A DNA stretch of 64,000 nt, taken from contig CAWCIV010000001.1 of the NCBI GenBank assembly GCA_963795805.1, forward strand, positions 647,896 through 711,895. The letters are read 5' to 3'. Below the pieces are notes generated by a model that was given only the letters and a program-made list of their open reading frames with translations, was not told the origin of the DNA and searched no databases. The position numbers were made by a program, and so were the translations under genes. Each line of letters begins with the position of its first letter. Position 1 is the first letter of the stretch. Below, piece by piece: positions 29,124 to 38,143 of this stretch. This DNA is from an uncultured Chloroflexia bacterium (lineage in GTDB: Bacteria; Chloroflexota; Dormibacteria; CF-121).

Positions 29124-30365
29124 TTACGCCGGGCTGCCCTCGACGATCCTTCCTTCCGCGGTCCGGTGCACGCCGCGGACGGCCGGAGCCGCGAGCACCA
29201 GGAGGCTGGGGACGACGATGAGCAGCCCGGCCACGATGAGTGTCGGCCGGTCACCAAAGTGAGCGGCGGCAGGCCCGGCCAGTACGTAGCCCACCGGCAT
29301 CGCGATTGCCGAGATGAGCGAGTCGTAGGCGTCGACTCGTGACATCACCGCTGATGGGATCAGCTGCTGCATCGTCGCCCCCCAGACCTCATTGAAAAAG
29401 GAGAGGGCCCCGTATCCGATGACACACGATGCGGCAATCACCAGGAGCGGAAATGGAGGAACCAGCGACAGCAATTCCAGCGAGGCCAGGGTCAGCGCGA
29501 GATTAGCCGCGACCAATGGTCGGGACGGTTGGTAGCGAAGCGCCAGAAGACCTCCGACGAGCAAGCCGACCCCCAGCGACGCCGCGATCAGGCCCCATGC
29601 CGAGGGACCGCCGAGGTTTCGGGCCGCGATGACCGGGCCAAGGACGAAGAAGGCCGTGATCGCGAAGGCATACAGCGCAGTCGAACACAGGTTGAGCCAG
29701 TACCACGGCCGGATCGCGACCTCGCGCCAACCGGTTGCCAGCTCGCGGAGAAACGACTCGCGCTGAGCCATGGTTCGTGCCGGCAGCCGAAGCATCGCGA
29801 GGGTGAGGGCGCTGGCGAGGAACGTGAAGCCGTTGATCATAAAGACCCAGCCAGGTCCGAACAGGGCGACGAGGACGCCTGAGAGGGCGGGTCCGACGAC
29901 GGAGGTGGCGCTCCGAGACAATCCCATCAGGGCGTTTGCCTGCTGGAGTCCGCAGGCGCTGGTGGTTTCCGGGATCAGGCCGGTGGTTGCCGGCATGAAG
30001 AACGCGGAGGCGATGCCGAATACGATCGCGCCCACGACTAGGTGCCAGACTCGGGCAGTTCCGGAGACGAGCAGCAAACCGACGGCGAACTGCTGCGTAG
30101 CCCGAACCAGGTCCGACGCCAGCATGACCAACTGGCGAGGGAGGCGGTCGGCCCAGACCCCTCCGACCAACAAGAACAGGACGCGGCTGACGACTCCGGC
30201 CGCCAGGACAAGGCCGAGCTGCGATGCTGACCCGCCGATCCGAAGCACCGCAAACGCCATGGCCACTGGGACCAGGCCATCCCCGGCCGCGGAAATTGCC
30301 TGGCCCGTCCAGAGCAGGCGAAACGGCCGCTGCCCGAGGGGGCGCAGCGCCGCCGGCAAACGCAT
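29124..30365 (-). CDS. MFS transporter
   Basis: It has about 12 TM segments. It is trimmed to MRLPAALRPLGQRPFRLLWTGQAISAAGDG (ATG comp. 30363-30365), a typical MFS (enterobactin-exporter-like) N-terminus. Confidence 0.8.
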   Translation of the reverse strand: MRLPAALRPLGQRPFRLLWTGQAISAAGDGLVPVAMAFAVLRIGGSASQLGLVLAAGVVSRVLFLLVGGVWADRLPRQLVMLASDLVRATQQFAVGLLLVSGTARVWHLVVGAIVFGIASAFFMPATTGLIPETTSACGLQQANALMGLSRSATSVVGPALSGVLVALFGPGWVFMINGFTFLASALTLAMLRLPARTMAQRESFLRELATGWREVAIRPWYWLNLCSTALYAFAITAFFVLGPVIAARNLGGPSAWGLIAASLGVGLLVGGLLALRYQPSRPLVAANLALTLASLELLSLVPPFPLLVIAASCVIGYGALSFFNEVWGATMQQLIPSAVMSRVDAYDSLISAIAMPVGYVLAGPAAAHFGDRPTLIVAGLLIVVPSLLVLAAPAVRGVHRTAEGRIVEGSPA

Positions 30366-30380
30366 CCGGGAGAGTCTAGC

Positions 30381-30417
30381 CCCCACCCGACCCTCCCCCG
30401 AAAACGGGGGATGGAGG
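30381..30417. repeat. C-rich intergenic hairpin element (CCCCCACCC..ACCCTCCCCCG-loop-GGGG family)
   Basis: The sequence is ccccacccgaccctcccccgaaaacgggggatggagg, immediately downstream of the 30443..31567 stop. It is near-identical in its 5' half to the element at 34066-34101. Confidence 0.5.
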
Positions 30418-30442
30418 ACCACGTGGGCGAGGTATCTGAGTT

Positions 30443-31567
30443 CTAGGCGGGGGGAGGGAGCGGTTTCTGGGTGAAGTCGAAGCAGTCGCCCATGTCGTCA
30501 GCCGCGTTGTCGCGGGTGTTGATCGGCGTCAGACCAAAGGTCGTTTCGACGAACTTGACCAGGCTGACGTGCGAATGCAGCGCCTTTGAGATGTAGCCCG
30601 CCCTGGCATAGGGGCTCAGCACCAGGCAACCAACTCGCGTGCCATACCGGAACTGGGTGCCGTCGGTCCACGTTTCGACCTCAGGCGGGACGACGTGGTC
30701 GTACCAGCCGCCCCAGTCGTCCCAGGTAATGAAGACCACGGTGTTCGGCCATAGCCCGCCTTTGACGATTGCGGCGACCTGCGCGGCCGTCCAAGCCTGC
30801 CCGTCGTGGACGGACTCGACGGGGTGCTCGCTCATCCCTTTGGGTCCGTAGAGATAGGTCAGGTTGGCGAGCTTTCCGGCCGCGGCATCGACCGCGAACT
30901 TGTCGGCGGTCGTGTTGTTGCCGCTGCCCTTGAGGGCGGTGATGTAGCCCTGCGCATAACCGCCGTAGTTCTTCCAGGTGAGCCCGGCCTTCGTCATGTT
31001 CGCCGGCAGCGAGGGGAGGTTGAAGGGCGGCTGCAGGTTGATCGGGTCGCGGTAGTGCGGGTTGTTGATGATCGGTGAGTCGGCCGCGATCAACATCAAG
31101 TGGTTCGGCGTGGACGGCCCCGCGACTTCGGTGAAGTAGCGATCGCACAGGGTGTATTGCCTGGCGAACCGCCAGTAGTCGGGAATGTTCGCCTGGTCGT
31201 ACTGCTCGCGCGCCGCGCCCGTATCGCGCTTCAACCATGATGCGTGATCGTGCGGATGGTCTTTGGTGGGCGGGTCAGAGGCAAGCGCGAGGTTGGCCGC
31301 GCCGTCAGTGCCCGGGAAGCGACCGAAGTAGTTATCGAACGCGTGGTTCTCCTTGACGATGATCACCACGTGCTGGATCTTGCTGTTCGGTTTTGGAGCC
31401 GGACCCGGGTTCGGCGCGGGCCTGGGAGTTGGTCCGGGCACTGGCTTGGGCCCGGGTTTCGGTTTTGGCTTCGGCTTCGGTACAGGCTTCGGGGCCGGCC
31501 GCGGCTTGCTCTTCGTCGCCTTCGTCTTGCTCGCCGACTGCGCGGATTTCTTGATTGGTTTCGTCAT
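30443..31567 (-). CDS. phosphoesterase-family protein (phospholipase C / AcpA-like) with a Lys/Pro-rich N-terminal extension
   Basis: IQHVVIIVKENHAFDNYFGRFPG is the signature start of the phosphoesterase (PLC/acid phosphatase) family. The N-terminal ~60 aa are KPxP repeats (KPRPAPKPVPKPKPKPKPGPKP...) with no hydrophobic signal peptide. Confidence 0.75.
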   Translation of the reverse strand: MTKPIKKSAQSASKTKATKSKPRPAPKPVPKPKPKPKPGPKPVPGPTPRPAPNPGPAPKPNSKIQHVVIIVKENHAFDNYFGRFPGTDGAANLALASDPPTKDHPHDHASWLKRDTGAAREQYDQANIPDYWRFARQYTLCDRYFTEVAGPSTPNHLMLIAADSPIINNPHYRDPINLQPPFNLPSLPANMTKAGLTWKNYGGYAQGYITALKGSGNNTTADKFAVDAAAGKLANLTYLYGPKGMSEHPVESVHDGQAWTAAQVAAIVKGGLWPNTVVFITWDDWGGWYDHVVPPEVETWTDGTQFRYGTRVGCLVLSPYARAGYISKALHSHVSLVKFVETTFGLTPINTRDNAADDMGDCFDFTQKPLPPPA

Positions 31568-31684
31568 CCAAGCGCCAGTTTACGGGCGGTCGCCGCTCAA
31601 AGCATTACGCATGGGGGAGAATTGGACAGATCGCGGCCATCTCGCGACGGATCGTGACGACTTCGCTTCACGTATCGTTTGAGG

Positions 31685-34063
31685 ATGCAAACGCGCGAAC
31701 TCGAAGCTGACGCGGCGAGTCGACCGCTCGACGACGCGCGCCTGCGCGCGATCCACGCCTACTGGCGCGCGGCCAACTATCTGTCAGTCGGACAGATCTA
31801 CCTGCTTCACAATCCGCTTCTGCGCGAGCCCCTGCGCGTCGAACACACGAAACCGCGATTGCTCGGCCACTGGGGAACGACCCCCGGGCTGAATTTCATT
31901 TATGCGCACGCCAATCGCGTCATCAAAGCGCGCGACCTGGATGCGATCTACATCTGCGGGCCGGGACACGGCGGCCCCGGCATGGTCGCCAATGCCTACC
32001 TCGAGGGGACCTATACCGAGGTCTACCCGGACATCACGCGCGATGCGACCGGGATGCAAAAGCTATTCCGGCAGTTTTCCTTTCCCGGCGGCATCCCGAG
32101 TCACGATGCACCGGAGACGCCCGGGTCGATTCATGAGGGCGGCGAGCTCGGCTACTCGTTGACCCACGCGTACGGCGCAGCGTTCGACAACCCGAACCTC
32201 AAGGTCTTCTGCGTTATCGGTGACGGCGAGGCGGAGACCGGACCGCTCGCCGCCAGCTGGCATTCGAACAAGTTCCTGAACCCGGTCACTGACGGGGCCG
32301 TGATCCCGATCCTCCACCTGAACGGCTACAAGATCGCCAACCCGACAGTGCTCGCGCGCATCCCCGAGTCGGAGCTACGGCACCTGCTCGAGGGCAACGG
32401 CTATGCGCCGCACTTCATCGAGGGCGACGACCCGACGACGATGCACCAGGAGATGGCTGCGCTGCTGGACCGTGTCCTCGACGAGGTCGATCGGATCCAG
32501 AAAGCGGCGCGGAGCCTGCACCAGCAGGAACGGCCGAGATGGCCGGCGATCGTGATGAAGACGCCAAAGGGCTGGACCGGACCCAAGGTCGTGGATGGCT
32601 TGCCGGTCGAGGGCACCTGGCGCGCGCACCAGGTGCCGATCGACACGGTCGATAAGCCGGGTCACCTACAGGCACTGGAGGACTGGCTGCGCAGCTATCA
32701 CCCGGAGGAACTATTCGACGAGGACGGCACGCTGATTGCCGAGCTGGCGGCGCTGCCGCCGACCGGGACGCGGCGGATGAGCGCCAACCCTCATGCCAAC
32801 GGCGGACTGCTGTTGCAACCGCTGCGGCTGCCCGACTTCCGCGAGTACCGGGTCAAGGTGGAGAAGCCGGCTACATCGTTCGACGAGGCGACCAAGGTGC
32901 TCGGTGCCTACCTTCGCGATGTGATCCAAAAGAATCCGAAAAACTTCCGGCTGATGGGCCCGGATGAGACGGCGTCGAACCGCTTGAACGCGGTCTTCGA
33001 GGCCACCAACCGAACCTGGCTCGCCGAGCGGCTGCCGACCGACGATCACCTCGCCGTCGATGGCCGCGTCATGGAGGTGTTGAGCGAGCATCTCTGCCAG
33101 GGCTGGCTCGAAGGCTACCTGTTGACCGGCCGCCACGGACTGTTTAGCTGCTACGAGGCCTTCATTCACATCGTCGACGCGATGTTCAACCAGCACGCGA
33201 AGTGGCTCGAGGTGACGAATAAGATCCCATGGCGCAAGCCGATCGCGTCCTTCAATTATTTGCTGACCTCCCACGTCTGGCGCCAGGACCATAACGGCTT
33301 TACACACCAGGACCCGGGCTTCATCGACCTGGTGATGAACAAGAAGCCCGAGGTGGTTCGCGTCTACCTGCCGCCCGACACGAACTGCCTGCTCTCGGTT
33401 GCCGATCACTGCCTGAAGAGCCGGCAGTACGTCAACGTGATCGTGGCCGGCAAGCAGCGCTCTCTGAACTATCTCTCGATGGAGGACGCCGTCGTCCACT
33501 GCACGCGCGGCATCGGCATCTGGGACTGGGCCAGCAACGACACCGGCGAGCCCGATGTCGTGCTCGGATGCGCCGGCGATATCCCAACGCTCGAGACGGT
33601 GGCCGCGGCCGATCTGCTGCGGCAACACATTCCGGATCTGAAGGTCCGGGTCGTCAATGTTGTCGATCTGATGAAGCTGCAGAGCTCCAGCGAGCACCCG
33701 CATGGGCTGTCGGATGCTGCGTTCGACGCGCTCTTCACGACCAGCCGTCCGATCGTCTTCGCCTATCACGGCTATCCGTGGTTGATCCACCGCCTGACCT
33801 ACCGGCGGCACAGCCATCAGAACCTCCACGTGCGCGGCTACAAGGAAGAAGGCACGACGACGACCCCGTTCGACATGGTGATGCTGAACGACCTCGACCG
33901 GTTCCACCTGGTGATCGACGTGATCGACCGCGTGCCGGGTCTCGCCTCCCGTGCCGGCCATGTTCGCCAGCGAATGGTCGACGAGCGACTGCGGCATCGC
34001 AGCTACACGCGTGAGCACGGTGAGGACGTGCCCGACGTCGTGGCCTGGACCTGGCCGTCATAA
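31685..34063 (+). CDS. xfp: xylulose-5-phosphate/fructose-6-phosphate phosphoketolase
   Basis: Conserved strings are [47 protein letters not shown] and [11 protein letters not shown], with the family-typical ~790 aa length. The start is ATG 31685 (an in-frame TTG lies at 31679). Confidence 0.9.
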   Translation: MQTRELEADAASRPLDDARLRAIHAYWRAANYLSVGQIYLLHNPLLREPLRVEHTKPRLLGHWGTTPGLNFIYAHANRVIKARDLDAIYICGPGHGGPGMVANAYLEGTYTEVYPDITRDATGMQKLFRQFSFPGGIPSHDAPETPGSIHEGGELGYSLTHAYGAAFDNPNLKVFCVIGDGEAETGPLAASWHSNKFLNPVTDGAVIPILHLNGYKIANPTVLARIPESELRHLLEGNGYAPHFIEGDDPTTMHQEMAALLDRVLDEVDRIQKAARSLHQQERPRWPAIVMKTPKGWTGPKVVDGLPVEGTWRAHQVPIDTVDKPGHLQALEDWLRSYHPEELFDEDGTLIAELAALPPTGTRRMSANPHANGGLLLQPLRLPDFREYRVKVEKPATSFDEATKVLGAYLRDVIQKNPKNFRLMGPDETASNRLNAVFEATNRTWLAERLPTDDHLAVDGRVMEVLSEHLCQGWLEGYLLTGRHGLFSCYEAFIHIVDAMFNQHAKWLEVTNKIPWRKPIASFNYLLTSHVWRQDHNGFTHQDPGFIDLVMNKKPEVVRVYLPPDTNCLLSVADHCLKSRQYVNVIVAGKQRSLNYLSMEDAVVHCTRGIGIWDWASNDTGEPDVVLGCAGDIPTLETVAAADLLRQHIPDLKVRVVNVVDLMKLQSSSEHPHGLSDAAFDALFTTSRPIVFAYHGYPWLIHRLTYRRHSHQNLHVRGYKEEGTTTTPFDMVMLNDLDRFHLVIDVIDRVPGLASRAGHVRQRMVDERLRHRSYTREHGEDVPDVVAWTWPS

Positions 34064-34065
34064 GA

Positions 34066-34101
34066 CCCCCCACCCCAACCCTCCCCCGCAAGGGGAAAGG
34101 G
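34066..34101. repeat. C-rich intergenic hairpin element between xfp and ackA
   Basis: The sequence is ccccccaccccaaccctcccccgcaaggggaaaggg. It is in the same orientation and belongs to the same family as 30381-30417. Confidence 0.5.
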
Positions 34102-34103
34102 CA

Positions 34104-35243
34104 ATGAGGGTTCTAGTTCTCAACCCGGGGTCGAGCTCACTCAAGGTCAGCGTTCTCGACAGCGAGGGCCTGGCCGCGCTGGGCCAGGTCGAGGTCTCGC
34201 TCGGAACGGACGCGACCAGGGGGCGTGGCGTCGCTGGGCCGGTTCGGGCGGCCCTGAAGAAACTGGACGGTACGGTGCCGATGGCATCGGTCGAGGCGGT
34301 AGGCTATCGCGTCGTCCACGGCGGCACTCAGTTCCGCAAAGCCGTCCGGATCACGCCGCTCGTGGTCAAGCGGATCGAGGCGCTGGCCGAGTTCGCCCCG
34401 CTGCACAATCCGGTCGCCGCCGCCACCATCCGCGCGACCCAGGCGATTCTGAAGAAGCCGAGCCATGTCGCCACGTTCGACACTGCGTTTCACGCGACCT
34501 TGCCAGAAGTCGCCTACCTCTACCCGGTCCCAGCGCCGTGGTCTCGCGACTGGAAGGTCCGCCGGTTCGGGTTTCACGGCCTGTCGGCGGAATGGTCGAG
34601 CAGGCGCGCAGCGGAGCTCCTGGCTCAGCCAGCCAGAGAGCTGGCGTTAATCGTCGCGCACCTTGGCAGCGGCGCCTCGGTCACGGCCGTCCTCGACGGG
34701 CAATCCGTTGATACCTCGATGGGCCTGACCCCGCTCGAGGGCTTGATGATGGGGACGCGCGCCGGCTCGATCGATCCGGGCATCCTTATCTTCGCGCTCC
34801 GCACGAAGAGGAGCACCGTCGCAAAGTTGGAGGATCAGCTGTGGCACGAGTCCGGCCTTGTTGGCGTCGCAGGAAAGAAGGCCGGGATGCGGGAACTGGA
34901 AGAAGCGGGGCGGAAGGGCAACAAGCGGGCCCAGCTCGCGGTGGACATGTTCGTGCATCGCGCCGCAGCCGGAATCGCGGCGGCGGCGACGTCGCTACCG
35001 CGGATCGACGCCCTGGTCTTCACCGGCGGCATCGGCGAGCATTCGCCATGGATTCGCTCGGCCATCGTCCGGAGACTGGGCGCGCTTGGATTCAGCGGAA
35101 TCAAGGCTGGCGACGGCAAAGGGGATGAAATCCTGACCGAACCAGGCTGGAGGCCGGCCGTGCTTCGGGTCGCCGCTCGTGAAGATGCGGTCATAGCCGG
35201 TCACGTCGCCGAGCTGATATCGATGCAAACGCCCAGGCGTTGA
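34104..35243 (+). CDS. ackA: acetate kinase
   Basis: The N-terminus is MRVLVLNPGSSSLKVSVLD. Also present are VHGG, FDTAFH, RRFGFHGLS and GGIGEHS. ORF 33951..35243 is trimmed to ATG 34104. Confidence 0.9.
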   Translation: MRVLVLNPGSSSLKVSVLDSEGLAALGQVEVSLGTDATRGRGVAGPVRAALKKLDGTVPMASVEAVGYRVVHGGTQFRKAVRITPLVVKRIEALAEFAPLHNPVAAATIRATQAILKKPSHVATFDTAFHATLPEVAYLYPVPAPWSRDWKVRRFGFHGLSAEWSSRRAAELLAQPARELALIVAHLGSGASVTAVLDGQSVDTSMGLTPLEGLMMGTRAGSIDPGILIFALRTKRSTVAKLEDQLWHESGLVGVAGKKAGMRELEEAGRKGNKRAQLAVDMFVHRAAAGIAAAATSLPRIDALVFTGGIGEHSPWIRSAIVRRLGALGFSGIKAGDGKGDEILTEPGWRPAVLRVAAREDAVIAGHVAELISMQTPRR

Positions 35244-35303
35244 CGGCATTCGTGCCATGGAGAAGCGCCTTGTCACCCGACCTGGAGGCGCTGCGCTCTC
35301 TAC

Positions 35304-35332
35304 TTGCACTAGTCTGCATACCGTAGTAGTAT
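35304..35332 (+). promoter_or_regulatory. sigma-70-like promoter giving a near-leaderless padR transcript, with an embedded palindrome
   Basis: TTGCAC (35304-35309), a 17-nt spacer and TAGTAT (35327-35332) lie in an AT-rich patch. The ATG is at 35344 and there is no Shine-Dalgarno. The palindrome ATAC-cgtagta-GTAT (35318-35332) overlaps the -10. Confidence 0.4.
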
Positions 35333-35343
35333 CCGATCCGTAG

Positions 35344-35691
35344 ATGCAGAAAGCCGAGGTCGACAACTCGCAGCTGCTGAAAGGCGTCCTCGATCTGGCG
35401 GTGCTGGCTGTGCTGGGCGAGAAGGACAGTTACGGGTATGACGTCGTCCGACGCCTCCGCGATCACGGTCTCGATTCGGTGGGGGATGCCTCCGTCTACG
35501 GCACGCTCCGTCGTCTCTACCAGGCCGGCGCGCTGAATTCCTATGTCGTGCCCTCCGATGAGGGACCGCATCGCAAGTACTACGGGCTGAACGACCGCGG
35601 TCGGAACACGCTCGACCAGTCGGCGAAGACGTGGGCCTCGCTCAGCGGGGCCATGAACAAAATGCTCAACGGAAGGAGCCACAAGGGATGA
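35344..35691 (+). CDS. PadR-family transcriptional regulator
   Basis: LLKGVLDLAVLAVLGEKDSYGYDVVRRLRD...GDASVYGTLRRLYQAGAL...GPHRKYYGLNDRG is the canonical PadR winged helix. Confidence 0.85.
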   Translation: MQKAEVDNSQLLKGVLDLAVLAVLGEKDSYGYDVVRRLRDHGLDSVGDASVYGTLRRLYQAGALNSYVVPSDEGPHRKYYGLNDRGRNTLDQSAKTWASLSGAMNKMLNGRSHKG

Positions 35692-36632
35692 CCACTGACG
35701 AACGCGCGGCCGACGTTGCCACCTACGCCGCCCAGGTTCATGCCGCGCTCGGAGACATGCCGGCGGAAGAACGGGAACCATTGCTGGCGGATCTCGACGA
35801 TCACCTGGCCGAGATTGCCGTCGAAGCCGAAGGGACCCTCGCCGAGCGTCTCGGGCCTCCTGCGCAATATGCCGCCGAGTTGCGAGCGGCTTACGGCACT
35901 GCGCATTCGAACGCGGACCGCCGCACGGGGCCCATTCGCGAGATCGTCGACGGCCTTCGGGCAGGCCTGGGTCAGTCGCGCTGGTACCGGGACGTTCGCG
36001 CTTTTCTCCCGAGCCTCCGCCCGGCGTGGTGGGTGCTCCGCGGCTACGGCGTCGCGCTCTTGTTAACGCTCATGTTCAGCTCCGGGGTCGACGTGCGGCC
36101 GATTCCGAATCCCGTCCATGCCCGCGGGCTGGTGCAACTGATCCTGACCGCGGTCGCTATCGTGTTGTCGGTCCAGCTGGGGCAGCGATTCCACGCGCGG
36201 ACCGACGCCACGCGCCTGCTTGGAATCCTGGGTAATACCGCGATTGCCCTGCTGGTCATTCCGATGCTGGGCTCGATGAGCACCAGCGCCGGATACGTCG
36301 GCGGCGACGTTGTGACGCAGGGATCTAGCTTCGCTCCGCAGAGCGTCTTTGCGGGAGGCGGCCTGGTGACCAACATCTATCCCTATTCGAAAGAGGGCAA
36401 ACCGCTGACCGATGTCCTTGTGTTCGACCAAAACGGTCAGGCGCTCACTGTCGATAGCAAAGCTGGCGGGATCGAGAGCACCTACCCGCTCGGTGCGGAC
36501 GGTCAGCCAATCACGAATGCGTACCCGCTGACGCAACGAAACATCGGTGGGCCGCCCGTCGTGCGCCCGCGCGTCGCGATCCCTCCGTGGCCGGCGCCTT
36601 CGCCGAGCCCGAGCCCGACCGCGACGCCCTAG
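35688..36632 (+). CDS. PadR-associated membrane protein (DUF1700/HAAS-like N-terminus)
   Basis: Its ATG overlaps the padR stop (ATGA). The N-terminus is VATYAAQVHAALGDMPAEEREPLLADLDDHLAEI. Several TMs follow, and the tail is Pro/Ser-rich (PSPSPSPTATP). Confidence 0.6.
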   Translation: MTTDERAADVATYAAQVHAALGDMPAEEREPLLADLDDHLAEIAVEAEGTLAERLGPPAQYAAELRAAYGTAHSNADRRTGPIREIVDGLRAGLGQSRWYRDVRAFLPSLRPAWWVLRGYGVALLLTLMFSSGVDVRPIPNPVHARGLVQLILTAVAIVLSVQLGQRFHARTDATRLLGILGNTAIALLVIPMLGSMSTSAGYVGGDVVTQGSSFAPQSVFAGGGLVTNIYPYSKEGKPLTDVLVFDQNGQALTVDSKAGGIESTYPLGADGQPITNAYPLTQRNIGGPPVVRPRVAIPPWPAPSPSPSPTATP

Positions 36633-37018
36633 TCGAGGGCGGTGATCAGCAGGCCGCCCATCATGGCGGTGTTCTTGAGGAACTGGGTGCGCTGCATGGC
36701 GCGCTTCTGGGGATCGTTAATAGCCCAGAAGGCATGACCGGCGATGGTCGTAGGGATCAACGAGGTGGCCAGGGCCAGCGATGCAAGGCGCGGCAGGATC
36801 CCCGCCGCCAGCATGCCACCGGCTCCCAGGTGAACCGCGGCATTGAGGCGAACGGCGGTTTCGGGGTCGGCGGGGGCGATCGGGATCATCGCGGCGACGC
36901 TCTCGACCACTGGTCGCGCCGCCTCGACTCGGCCGCCTGGGTCACGAAGGACGGCGATTCCGCCGAGGATGAACGGGGCGGCTAGCATCGGCCGGGCGAT
37001 GGTGCGGATCAGATGCAT
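36629..37018 (-). CDS. DoxX-family membrane protein
   Basis: It is trimmed to MHLIRTIARPMLAAPFILGG (ATG comp. 37016-37018). It has 3-4 TMs, and the GHAFW and FLKNTAMMGGLL strings are typical of DoxX-like proteins. Confidence 0.6.
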   Translation of the reverse strand: MHLIRTIARPMLAAPFILGGIAVLRDPGGRVEAARPVVESVAAMIPIAPADPETAVRLNAAVHLGAGGMLAAGILPRLASLALATSLIPTTIAGHAFWAINDPQKRAMQRTQFLKNTAMMGGLLITALD

Positions 37019-37081
37019 CGGCTCAACTGTACCGCCAGCGAACGTCAGACGGCGATGTGGCCCGGGTACGCTTGACCCGAT

Positions 37082-37390
37082 ATGGTTACGGTTGCCCAGG
37101 TCCGCAAGGTCGCCCTCGGACTGGCCGGGGCAGTCGAGATGGACCATCATGGCCGGGCGTCGTTTCGCGTCGAGAAGAAGATCTTTGCCACGGTGCCGGA
37201 TTCTGAGCACCTCAACGTGATGGTCGAGGAGCCGCGAATCGAGGCGCTGGTCCGGGTGCATCCAGACCTGTGCGCCGAGGTCTGGTGGGGAAAGCGTCTG
37301 GCCGCGGTTCGGGTGGATTTGCGGAAGGCGCCCGCCAAGCTCGTGACCGACCTCCTTGCCGAGGCCTGGCACCGCCGCGTGATGCCTTAG
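37082..37390 (+). CDS. MmcQ/YjbR-family protein
   Basis: VRKVALGLAGAVEMDHHGRASFRVEKKIFATV matches the YjbR-like small-protein pattern. Confidence 0.6.
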   Translation: MVTVAQVRKVALGLAGAVEMDHHGRASFRVEKKIFATVPDSEHLNVMVEEPRIEALVRVHPDLCAEVWWGKRLAAVRVDLRKAPAKLVTDLLAEAWHRRVMP

Positions 37391-37947
37391 TGGAGCTCGG
37401 CCGCCTGTAGGGCGTGGCGCATCTTTTCCAGCCCTAGCCGCTGGCGGCTCTTCACGGTGCCGAGCGGGACCCCCGTCGTGACCGCTACTTCGGGCTGGCT
37501 CAGCCCACCAAAGTAGGACAGCTCGATGGCACGTCGCTGATTGGACGGTAGTTCGTGGAGGAGGGCGCGGACCTGGGTGCGATCGGCATTGGCGGCCACA
37601 TGATCCCAGGCGGTGTCGTCGACTGACAGGTCCGCATCATCGATGTTGCCGATCTCGCGATGCGTCGCGTTGCCACGGAGACGGTCGATGGCGCGATTCC
37701 GGACAATGCGCAGGAGCCAGCTGCGGAGCTGGCCGCGATCGGGATCGAAGCGGTTGGCGTGGCGCCAGAGAGCGACAAAGGCTTCCTGCACGACGTCCTC
37801 CGCCGCCATCCGATCGTTCAGCATTCTGAACGCGAGCCCATAGGCGAGCCGCGAGTAGCGATCGTAGAGGGGCTCGATCGCCCGGGTATCGCCGGCCGCG
37901 AGTAGCGGAATCATCTCAGCGTCGGTCTGCGGATACGCAATGGCCAT
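37387..37947 (-). CDS. ECF-type RNA polymerase sigma factor
   Basis: Region 2 reads LYDRYSRLAYGLAFRMLNDRMAAEDVVQEAFVALWRH. Region 4 reads LPSNQRRAIELSYFGGLSQPEVAVTTGVPLGTVKSRQRLGLEKMR. No anti-sigma gene lies downstream; a convergent gene is there instead. Confidence 0.85.
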   Translation of the reverse strand: MAIAYPQTDAEMIPLLAAGDTRAIEPLYDRYSRLAYGLAFRMLNDRMAAEDVVQEAFVALWRHANRFDPDRGQLRSWLLRIVRNRAIDRLRGNATHREIGNIDDADLSVDDTAWDHVAANADRTQVRALLHELPSNQRRAIELSYFGGLSQPEVAVTTGVPLGTVKSRQRLGLEKMRHALQAAELH

Positions 37948-37951
37948 GTCT

Positions 37952-38143
37952 TTATCCTTTGAGATGCGCGAGTAAGTCGAGTTGACGGGTCAGGCATTGT
38001 TTGACGAGGTCGTCGACCATGCCGAGCGTGCCGGCGTTGGTCGGCCCGGCCTTGAGTACCTCGACGGCCGCGTCGAGGGCGGTGAGGTCGCCGGCCATGT
38101 CCCTGATGATTCGCATGGCCTGGTCATCCCAGCCGCTACTCAC
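37952..38143 (-). CDS. 63-aa helical protein between the receiver and the ECF sigma (candidate small anti-sigma/adaptor)
   Basis: The ORF overlaps the receiver gene by 8 nt and ends 4 nt before the sigma start. It has no TM and no recognised family. Confidence 0.45.
   Translation of the reverse strand: MSSGWDDQAMRIIRDMAGDLTALDAAVEVLKAGPTNAGTLGMVDDLVKQCLTRQLDLLAHLKG

Noticed and set aside
32711-34018. 435-aa minus-strand ORF antisense to xfp
   Set aside because: It lies entirely inside the phosphoketolase gene, which matches its family end to end. The antisense product is low-complexity and Arg/Val/Asp-rich.
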